Assembly (NCBI GenBank): GCA_043822705.1
Contig: JBDRBK010000169.1
Span: 1-34,464 of the forward strand
DNA: 34,464 nt
Reading direction: 5' to 3'
From: Fidelibacterota bacterium
Lineage (GTDB): Bacteria; Fidelibacterota; Marinisomatia; Marinisomatales; TCS56
Shown here: in pieces, positions 27,932 through 34,464 of the stretch
How the letters are laid out: the number at the start of each line of letters is the position of its first letter
How positions within the stretch are numbered: the stretch's first letter is position 1
Made by a program: the position numbers and the translations under genes
The notes under the pieces: model-generated
Databases searched by the model: none
What the model was told of the DNA's origin: nothing
Seen by the model: only the letters and a program-made list of their open reading frames with translations

Positions 27932-28725
27932 GATTCCAGATCCTCCTTGGCCGGTACCTTAATATCCCCCAACGGGTACATCGTCAGCATGTTTTCTTCC
28001 ATCCACTTATTGGCTTCATACGGCGTCAGTTTCCAGCCCGACGGGCAGTTGGACACGACTTCGACGATGCACAAGCCCTTGTTCAGTTTCTGGTAGGTGA
28101 GCGCCTTGGTCAATGCTTTCTTGGTCTTGCGGACGCCCTTGGTATCGTGCACCGATTGCCGGGTGGCATAGAACGTGCCGGACAACCCGGCCAGAATCCC
28201 GGTGATATCGATAGGTGCCCCCATGCTGACCTTATCACGACCGTAGGGCGATGTGGCGGTCTTGCCGCCGATCGGCGTGGTCGGCGCCATCTGCCCGCCG
28301 GTCATGCCGTAAATACCGTTGTTGATAAATATAATCAGGAAATTCTCACCACGGTTGGCGCTGTGAATGGTTTCGGCGGTCCCGATCGCCGCCAGATCGC
28401 CGTCGCCCTGGTAAGTAAATACATATTTGTCGGGTAGCACGCGCTTGATCCCGGTGGCCACCGCCGTGGCGCGACCATGGGCGGCCTGGTGCATATCAAC
28501 ATCCATGTATTCGTACGCCAACACAGAACAGCCGACCGGGGCAACCCCGATAGTGTCGTTCTTGATACCGAGCTCGTCCACCACTTCCATCAAAATTTTA
28601 TGCACGGTGGAGTGACCGCAACCCGGACAGTAATGCATGCGCACGTCCAGCAGCGATTCGGGCCGCCGATAAACCAGGTCCAGCTCATTCATTTCAGGGT
28701 TAATTACAGGGCATTCTTCGATCAT
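27928..28725 (-). CDS. 2-oxoacid:ferredoxin oxidoreductase beta (TPP-binding) subunit
   Basis: YCPGCGH, GDGD...NN TPP motif, YGMTGGQ, NCP. Confidence 0.95.
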   Translation of the reverse strand: MIEECPVINPEMNELDLVYRRPESLLDVRMHYCPGCGHSTVHKILMEVVDELGIKNDTIGVAPVGCSVLAYEYMDVDMHQAAHGRATAVATGIKRVLPDKYVFTYQGDGDLAAIGTAETIHSANRGENFLIIFINNGIYGMTGGQMAPTTPIGGKTATSPYGRDKVSMGAPIDITGILAGLSGTFYATRQSVHDTKGVRKTKKALTKALTYQKLNKGLCIVEVVSNCPSGWKLTPYEANKWMEENMLTMYPLGDIKVPAKEDLES

Positions 28726-29816
28726 GCTACTACCTCCACCGGCCGCTTGCCGGTAACTTTCGCCAGATTGGATTCCATCACCGCCAGTACCTCTTCCGGG
28801 GTCGGAATCATCCCGCCCATCCGACCATGGAAAAATACCGGTACCCGCCCCTCGATCCCGAGACGCACATCCTCGACCATCTGGCCAGCGTTGAGTTCCA
28901 CGTCCAGGACCATTTTCACCTGGTCGCCCAATTCGCGCAGCCGGTCATAGGGGAAGGGCCAAACCGTCTTGGGCCGGAAGAGACCGGCTTTGATGCCTTT
29001 TGCCCGAGCCATCTGGATCGATTTACGGGCGATCCGCGCCGCCAGGCCGAATCCGGTAAACAACACTTCCGCATCCTCAGTCAGATATTCTTCCCAGAGT
29101 ACCTCGTTTTTGCGAATCGTGTCAAATTTCTGCTGGAGCAGCTCATTCAGCTTTTCCATTCGTTCCGGCTGGAGATACAATGAAGTAATTACATTGCGTT
29201 CGCGATCCGGCGCCTTGCCGGTGGTGGCCCAGGGCTTGGCGATTTTCATTTTCCTGGGATCATAGTCAGGAAATTGTACTTTTTCCATCCCCTGCCCCAG
29301 CGCCCCGTCCGATAAAATCATTACCGGCGTGCGGTATTTGTCGGCCAGATCGAAGCCCAGGAAGACAAAATCGGCCATTTCCTGGACGGTGGACGGCGCC
29401 AGGACAATCAGATAATAATCGCCGTGCCCGCCACCCTTTGTGGCCTGGAAATAATCACCCTGGCTGGGCTGGATCGTACCCAGTCCGGGACCGCCGCGGA
29501 CCACGTTGGCCAGCAGGCAGGGCAACTGGGCTGAGGCGATATAGGAAATCCCCTCCTGCATCAGACTGAAACCGGGTGAGCTGGTGGTGGTCATTACCCG
29601 GGCGCCGGCACCGGCGGCACCGTAAATCATATTGATTGCCGCTACCTCGCTCTCGGCCTGCAGCACGACACCGCCGCGCTTGGGCATCTGCAGCGCCAGG
29701 TACTCCAGAATTTCCGATTGAGGTGTGATCGGGTAACCGAAATAGGCATCGAGTCCGGCCCGGATCGCCGCTTCCGCCAGGGCTTCATTACCTTTCATCA
29801 ACAATACTTCGCTCAT
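28722..29816 (-). CDS. vorB: 2-oxoacid:ferredoxin oxidoreductase alpha subunit (2-ketoisovalerate oxidoreductase VorB-like)
   Basis: KGNEALAEAA, GYPITPQSE, QAESEVAA, SSPGFSL, RGGPGLG, ELNAGQM. Confidence 0.9.
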   Translation of the reverse strand: MSEVLLMKGNEALAEAAIRAGLDAYFGYPITPQSEILEYLALQMPKRGGVVLQAESEVAAINMIYGAAGAGARVMTTTSSPGFSLMQEGISYIASAQLPCLLANVVRGGPGLGTIQPSQGDYFQATKGGGHGDYYLIVLAPSTVQEMADFVFLGFDLADKYRTPVMILSDGALGQGMEKVQFPDYDPRKMKIAKPWATTGKAPDRERNVITSLYLQPERMEKLNELLQQKFDTIRKNEVLWEEYLTEDAEVLFTGFGLAARIARKSIQMARAKGIKAGLFRPKTVWPFPYDRLRELGDQVKMVLDVELNAGQMVEDVRLGIEGRVPVFFHGRMGGMIPTPEEVLAVMESNLAKVTGKRPVEVVA

Positions 29817-29818
29817 GG

Positions 29819-30109
29819 CTATCTCCCGTCGATGGATAAACTGATGTTCTCGGTAATATTACTGATCCGGGCCACCGGAGTCTTTTTCCCGTGCGACTCG
29901 CGGTAGACGGTGATCGCGCCATCCGGACAAATCAACGCGCAATTAGTGCAGCCGGTACAATTATCTTCGGAAATAATGGCGAAATGATATCCCCGCTGGT
30001 TCAATTCTTCGGACATCGCCAGCGTCTCCTGCGGGCATTCGTGAACGCATAATTCACAGCCCTTGCAGGTTTCGATGGCTATCTTGACGGTGCCTTTTAC
30101 CTTAGCCAC
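29819..30109 (-). CDS. 2x[4Fe-4S] ferredoxin (oxidoreductase delta subunit)
   Basis: CKGCELCVHECP and CTGCTNCALICP. GTG start at 30109 after AAGGAG. Confidence 0.93.
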   Translation of the reverse strand: MAKVKGTVKIAIETCKGCELCVHECPQETLAMSEELNQRGYHFAIISEDNCTGCTNCALICPDGAITVYRESHGKKTPVARISNITENISLSIDGR

Positions 30110-30171
30110 AACAGAGCTCCTTGTTTTCTTCAAAAATCAATCGACGTCCCATGCAGAACATTGAGTGAACG

Positions 30172-30201
30172 AAATTAAGCAACATCGCGGTCACGGAGCA
30201 A
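30172..30201 (-). promoter_or_regulatory. Putative promoter TTGCTC-N18-TAATTT for the oxidoreductase operon
   Basis: Matches the recurring promoter pattern upstream of the ferredoxin gene. Confidence 0.45.
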
Positions 30202-30362
30202 TTGCTATCACTAATGAAGACCCGGCCAAAACCATAATATAATAAGGTAATTAATTTGTAATACATAATATTATTTCGGAATTGGCTTAATAGTACTGTT
30301 CAAACTAATCCATTGGCGGACATGGTGATCGAATTGTCCGGAAAATTGGGGCAGAGTGGAAT

Positions 30363-30710
30363 TCAATCCCATTCAAAACCGGCGACCTGGCCGGTTTCGG
30401 GGTCGATTTCCACCGAGTTGAAATCACCCAGCTTGGGAATATAATAATAGAGGATCCGCACTGTCCGGTCGAAATCGGTGAATACCGAATCCGGCTGACC
30501 CAGCGTACTGAGTACTTCGGATTCGGCCGGTTCGGTCTTCAGGAAGTTCCAGATATCATATTCGTTCATCACCCAGCGCTGGTAGGGGTCGGGCTGGTTA
30601 AGTGCCTTCAGATATTCCTCCACGGGATCCGGCGGCAGCTCGGGAACCGGCACCGGCCTGGGGCCGCAGGCCGCGAGGAGTAAAACCAGGATTATCGGGT
30701 GCAATCGCAT
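30363..30710 (-). CDS. Lipoprotein, BamE/SmpA-like motif
   Basis: Lipobox LLAA-C. Pro-rich linker. EVLSTLGQPD...LYYY resembles the SmpA/OmlA fold. Confidence 0.7.
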   Translation of the reverse strand: MRLHPIILVLLLAACGPRPVPVPELPPDPVEEYLKALNQPDPYQRWVMNEYDIWNFLKTEPAESEVLSTLGQPDSVFTDFDRTVRILYYYIPKLGDFNSVEIDPETGQVAGFEWD

Positions 30711-30716
30711 CCGGTG

Positions 30717-30745
30717 AAGATAGTCAGGTATTGGATTGATGGCAA
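30717..30745 (-). promoter_or_regulatory. Putative promoter TTGCCA-N17-TATCTT (leaderless transcript)
   Basis: Near-consensus -35, 17-nt spacer, -10 ending 6 nt before the ATG at 30710. Confidence 0.55.
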
Positions 30746-30878
30746 GTATTGTCTCCAGATCGATTTAATCGGTCTTGGTCTTGAATTATCATCAACCTAA
30801 TTTTCAGCCTTGATTCAGGGAACCGGGATTGACGCTGGGCCGGGTTGGTTCTCTTCTAACATAAAATCGCTATCATTA

Positions 30879-31511
30879 ATGATCATACTGACTTTAACGC
30901 TGCTGCTGCCTTTCGTTGTCATACTGCTGTTGCGGGCCGATTATTCCAATCGACGCCGGCAGGTGTACGTCCTGAAACCACTGGCCACCGGATTGGTGCT
31001 ACTGATCTGCCTGCTCCAGCCGCCGGAAATCGGGTTGCTGTACCGGCGTTTGATCGTTGCCGGTTTGTTGTTCTCGCTGCTGGGCGACATATTCCTGATG
31101 CTGCCCGCGGATCGTTTCATTCACGGTCTGGCCAGTTTTCTGGCGACCCATATCCTGTATTTTGCTGCTTTCGTCGCCACCAGCGGAATTCAACTGCGAC
31201 TCATCCCGTTGGCACCAATTCTCCTGCTGGGATTGGGCTTTCTGCGCTTACTGTTACCGCACACCAGGACTAAAACAATTCCCGTTATATTCTATGCCGT
31301 TGTTCTGACACTCCTGCTCTGGCAGGCCACCGGTCGACTGCTGCTGACCGTCAACCACAGCACCATCCTCGCCCTGATCGGCACCGCTGTATTTATTTTT
31401 TCCGACTGTACCCTGGTAATTAACCGCTTTGTCAGCCGTTTCCGCAGCGCCCAGATCGTCATTCTGACCAGCTATTACCTGGCCCAACTGTGCATCGCCT
31501 ACTCGGTTTGA
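30879..31511 (+). CDS. YhhN family membrane hydrolase (lysoplasmalogenase-like)
   Basis: LKPL, GLLFSLLGDIFL, GLASFLATHILY, FIFSD, YYLAQ. Start uncertain (TTG 30810 or ATG 30879). Confidence 0.9.
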   Translation: MIILTLTLLLPFVVILLLRADYSNRRRQVYVLKPLATGLVLLICLLQPPEIGLLYRRLIVAGLLFSLLGDIFLMLPADRFIHGLASFLATHILYFAAFVATSGIQLRLIPLAPILLLGLGFLRLLLPHTRTKTIPVIFYAVVLTLLLWQATGRLLLTVNHSTILALIGTAVFIFSDCTLVINRFVSRFRSAQIVILTSYYLAQLCIAYSV

Positions 31512-31548
31512 TCACCCAAACCGACGTCCGGTCGGCCGGCGACCGTAC

Positions 31549-31905
31549 TCAATACTCCTTGTAGACCGCGAAGCCCCGGCTGACCAGTTCGTCATTGACG
31601 TTCAGCCAGCCACCCCCGCTCTTGGGAATGAAAAGTTCGGCCAGATAGCGACCGTACTTGCCCTTTTTATCCCGGTAGGTCCTGATGATAATCTCGCGGT
31701 CGTCGATCAGACTGCGCAGAAAATCACGCGCCTTGATTCCCTGAGGACGTTCCTCACCGATCAGCTCCGGTGCATTTACTCCATACAACCTCAGTTTCTC
31801 TCCGCGCAACCAGACTCCCAGTCCCAGATCGATGTCCACCGTGCACGTGTCACCGTCATAGACCGCCCGCACCTGGGCCCGGTAATTATAAAGACTTGCA
31901 TCCAT
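31549..31905 (-). CDS. Thermonuclease (SNase) family protein
   Basis: VYDGDT, RLYGVNAPE, KYGRYLA, VNDELVSRGFA. Confidence 0.92.
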   Translation of the reverse strand: MDASLYNYRAQVRAVYDGDTCTVDIDLGLGVWLRGEKLRLYGVNAPELIGEERPQGIKARDFLRSLIDDREIIIRTYRDKKGKYGRYLAELFIPKSGGGWLNVNDELVSRGFAVYKEY

Positions 31906-32000
31906 GTTCCCCTCGCATCGTTAATTTTATAAATCCAATTATCACTGATAATATACCGGATGGGCCATTCAATTGGTATGTAAAAGATAATTAGAAGAGT

Positions 32001-32028
32001 TTGTCAGGCAGGTTTCCGACCGTAACTT
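32001..32028 (+). promoter_or_regulatory. Putative promoter TTGTCA-N16-TAACTT for the LOG gene
   Basis: Recurring promoter pattern, followed by AGGAG RBS and ATG 32055. Confidence 0.5.
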
Positions 32029-32054
32029 CGTCGGCTGATTTTTTAGGAGATTTC

Positions 32055-32864
32055 ATGACAAGAACCAACAAAGAACGTTTTTATTACGACAAAGAATTTT
32101 TAAGCAGCACCGATGCCCGTCCCCTGCGGATCATTGCCGAATATTTTGGACCGCGACAGCGCCTGAATAAATATCATGTGGAAGACACGATCGTGTTTTT
32201 CGGATCGGCCCGCATCAAGGAAACCGCAGTGACGCAGGCGGCTCTGGACCAGGCCGGAGCAGACAGCAGTCCTGAAGAACGAAACCGTCTGGAAAACGAT
32301 CTGAAAATGAGCAAGTATTACGAGGCGGCCCGGGAACTGGCTTGCAAGCTCACCAACTGGAGCAAAAACCTGAAGGAAGATAAACGCCGCTTCATCATCA
32401 CCTCGGGGGGTGGACCGGGTATCATGGAAGCCGCCAACCGCGGTGCCTCGGATGCCAAGGGACTCACCTGCGGACTGAATATTACGATTCCGTTCGAACA
32501 GAGCGGCAATTCCTACATCACACCCGATTTGAATATCCAGTTCCATTATTTTTTCATGCGCAAATTCTGGTTCCTGTATCTGGCCAAGGCGCTGGTGGTT
32601 TTCCCAGGGGGATTCGGCACGCTGGATGAACTGACCGAACTGGTGACGCTGATTCAGACCAAGAAAATGAAGAAAGTCATCCCGATCGTCCTGTTTGGAA
32701 AGGAATTCTGGAATAATGTGATCAACTGGGACTATCTGGTCGAAACCGGGACGATTTCGGCGGCCGATCTGAAATTATTTCAGATTTACGATTCGGTCGA
32801 TGAAGCCTGCGATTACCTGACCAAAAATCTGGCCTCCCGCCACTATAAGGGCGTTAATTTTTAA
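32055..32864 (+). CDS. LOG family nucleotide phosphoribohydrolase (Rossmann fold)
   Basis: FFGSAR, SGGGPGIMEAANRGA, FHYFFMRK, PGGFGTLDE. AGGAG RBS. Confidence 0.93.
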   Translation: MTRTNKERFYYDKEFLSSTDARPLRIIAEYFGPRQRLNKYHVEDTIVFFGSARIKETAVTQAALDQAGADSSPEERNRLENDLKMSKYYEAARELACKLTNWSKNLKEDKRRFIITSGGGPGIMEAANRGASDAKGLTCGLNITIPFEQSGNSYITPDLNIQFHYFFMRKFWFLYLAKALVVFPGGFGTLDELTELVTLIQTKKMKKVIPIVLFGKEFWNNVINWDYLVETGTISAADLKLFQIYDSVDEACDYLTKNLASRHYKGVNF

Positions 32865-33254
32865 TCAGACAGCAGTGATGACAAACTCAGGCGGATTTTC
32901 CAGATGCCGCTTGACCGCGCATAGTTTAGCCGAATTAATTACTGCTGATTTGTATTTTTCCGGAAAACTTTCCGGCAATTTGATATCAAGATTGATCTGA
33001 TCGATCAGCCTGGTCGTTGGATTGAAATTCATCGATTGGATTATTGTCAGTCCGGTCGTATCGATTCCCCGCTGCTGGCAAAATCCCAGCACATAAATAC
33101 CGGCGCAGGTGCCGATCGATGCCAGGAATAGTGAAAACGGTTCCGGCGCCGATCCGTCACCGCCACCGCGGACCGACTGATCGGTGGCAATCCTAAAACC
33201 ATTGTAATCGGCATCCACTTTTTTCCCACCGGGAAAAGTAATTGTCATATCCAT
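32865..33254 (-). CDS. OsmC/Ohr family protein
   Basis: TDQ...GGDGSAPEPF.LFLASIGTCAG and a second Cys in LCAVKRHL. Confidence 0.9.
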   Translation of the reverse strand: MDMTITFPGGKKVDADYNGFRIATDQSVRGGGDGSAPEPFSLFLASIGTCAGIYVLGFCQQRGIDTTGLTIIQSMNFNPTTRLIDQINLDIKLPESFPEKYKSAVINSAKLCAVKRHLENPPEFVITAV

Positions 33255-33286
33255 AAATCTTCCTCATCAATTCTGTTTAATCTGTC

Positions 33287-33313
33287 AGATGCTTGCGGCC
33301 GTGATTGGTTACA
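33287..33313 (-). promoter_or_regulatory. Putative ECF sigma promoter for osmC (TGTAACC-N15-CATCT)
   Basis: Minus strand TGTAACC-aatcacggccgcaag-CATCT. An identical bipartite motif faces trxA. Confidence 0.6.
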
Positions 33314-33354
33314 CTACCGTTCCGTCGGGCTGCACCGGGATCGAGCAATTAATT

Positions 33355-33381
33355 TGTAACCAAAACCGAGCCGGTCCATCT
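33355..33381 (+). promoter_or_regulatory. Putative ECF sigma promoter for trxA (TGTAACC-N15-CATCT)
   Basis: TGTAACC-aaaaccgagccggtc-CATCT, ending 33 nt before the trxA ATG. Confidence 0.6.
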
Positions 33382-33414
33382 ATATAAGTAAATATTCATT
33401 AATATGAGGAAAAT

Positions 33415-33786
33415 ATGGTACAACACCTGACAAAACAAGAATTCCTTGACAAGGTCTTTGATTACGAGACCAGTAAAGAATGGAACTACCGCGGGAATTT
33501 GCCGGCGATCATCGATTTTTATGCCGACTGGTGTGGTCCCTGCAAAGTACTGTCGCCGGTAATCGAAGATTTGGCGGTCGAGTATGATGGTATGGTCAAC
33601 TTTTTCAAAATCGATACGGAAGCCGAGCAGGAATTGGCCGCCGTCTTCGGGATTCGCAGCATTCCCAGCATGCTCTTCATCCCCAGCGACGACAAACCGC
33701 AAATGGCCACCGGCGCCCTGCCGAAAGACCAGTTGAGACATGTCATCAAAGATGTATTGAAGGTTGCCGAACCGGTCAAAAATTAG
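33415..33786 (+). CDS. trxA: Thioredoxin
   Basis: IDFYADWCGPCK active site, cis-Pro IRSIP, GAGGA RBS. Confidence 0.95.
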   Translation: MVQHLTKQEFLDKVFDYETSKEWNYRGNLPAIIDFYADWCGPCKVLSPVIEDLAVEYDGMVNFFKIDTEAEQELAAVFGIRSIPSMLFIPSDDKPQMATGALPKDQLRHVIKDVLKVAEPVKN

Positions 33787-33804
33787 TACTTCCCCCCAAC
33801 GGTA

Positions 33805-33839
33805 ACAGCGCCCCGCGATAGAGATATCCGGGGCGTTGT
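33805..33839. terminator. Hairpin, likely terminator between convergent trxA and pspC
   Basis: ACAGCGCCCCG-c-GATA gaga TATC-CGGGGCGTTGT imperfect stem. Weak U-tract. Confidence 0.6.
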
Positions 33840-33852
33840 GCTTTATAACGAT

Positions 33853-34044
33853 CTATTGTTCGGAATCGCGAATATTGGGAACGATAAACCAGGCCACCAG
33901 GTAGGCGATTATTCCGCCGCCCCAGAATATTGATATGATGAAAATCAGTCGCACGATAATCGGATCAATATCAAAATAATCAGCGATGCCGGCACAGACA
34001 CCGGCGATTTTCGCATTTTCGGTATTACGATACAGGCGCTTCAT
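33853..34044 (-). CDS. pspC: PspC domain protein
   Basis: KRLYR...KIAGVCAGIADYFDIDPIIVRL...AYLVAWFIVP. Confidence 0.93.
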   Translation of the reverse strand: MKRLYRNTENAKIAGVCAGIADYFDIDPIIVRLIFIISIFWGGGIIAYLVAWFIVPNIRDSEQ

Positions 34045-34081
34045 TCGGTACTACTCCAGAATAATTCCATGGTGATTGATT

Positions 34082-34291
34082 TCATTGGAAAATACCAGGG
34101 TTGCTGCGTCCACAGTTCGGACAATTCTCGATTTTATCGGGCAGCAGCACACCTTCGACCTTGGTTATCAGATAACCGCATGATTTACACTGCCATGAGC
34201 CTTTCACCGCCCGACAGGTTTTATCCTGGCAGAACATGGCAAAGGCCGGATTCTCCCGATTGCAGATTTCACATTCCCAAGATTCTGACAT
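34082..34291 (-). CDS. Small double zinc-ribbon protein (RanBP2-like)
   Basis: WECEIC-x3-N-x6-CQDKTC and WQCKSC...CPNC give eight Cys in four pairs. GAGAG upstream of the ATG. Confidence 0.75.
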   Translation of the reverse strand: MSESWECEICNRENPAFAMFCQDKTCRAVKGSWQCKSCGYLITKVEGVLLPDKIENCPNCGRSNPGIFQ

Positions 34292-34464
34292 TATTTGCTC
34301 TCGTAATTACAGTAAAACCAATTCGGCGTTACACGTTCAGTATGCCGCTACGGTGCACTGCCACAGGATTTGCGGTCGCTTGATCTGGAATTTCGGTTCC
34401 CGGGCAGGCCGGAAATTAATATAAATTGCGCTAAAAACCGGATCGGGAAATTTTATCCCGGGAT

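Noticed and set aside
30200..30360. AT-rich patch upstream of the oxidoreductase operon as a Rex/FNR site or small RNA
   Set aside because: No convincing palindrome matching a known consensus.
34292..34464. Possible structured leader or riboswitch upstream of the zinc-ribbon gene
   Set aside because: No match to riboswitch consensus sequences I can recognise. An Infernal/Rfam search would be needed.
1..34464. CRISPR arrays, IS elements, integrases, prophage, rRNA, recoded stop codons
   Set aside because: No repeat-spacer periodicity, transposase or integrase motifs, or RNA-gene signatures. Apart from trkH, the recognised genes end at expected positions.

Overview
About 34.5 kb of bacterial chromosome, mostly core genome. 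The lineage is inferred to be FCB superphylum (Marinimicrobia/Fidelibacterota-like) from three proteins with T9SS/FlgD-type C-terminal sorting domains, an S46 dipeptidyl peptidase and a carboxypeptidase-regulatory-domain TonB receptor. Gene order: CTD-bearing secreted protein; two paralogous secreted M30-like zinc metalloproteases flanking a small lipoprotein; tig-clpP-clpX; membrane protein, MFS transporter, outer-membrane protein and TonB-dependent receptor; MltB-like transglycosylase; S46 peptidase; ClC-CBS-RCK_C transporter; frameshifted trkH coupled to an output-less four-helix-bundle/HAMP sensor; rpe-rpiB-DASS-USP; a four-gene 2-oxoacid:ferredoxin oxidoreductase (Vor-type) operon; lipoprotein; YhhN; thermonuclease; LOG; osmC/trxA divergon; pspC; zinc-ribbon protein. 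I found no tRNA, rRNA, CRISPR array or mobile element. Most notable: a protease-lipoprotein-protease cassette (possible protease/inhibitor module), a ClpX with no zinc-binding domain, twin ECF-like promoters (TGTAACC-N15-CATCT) facing osmC and trxA, the kinase-less sensor coupled to trkH, and a 1-bp frameshift in trkH. All family calls come from reading motifs; no database searches were run.
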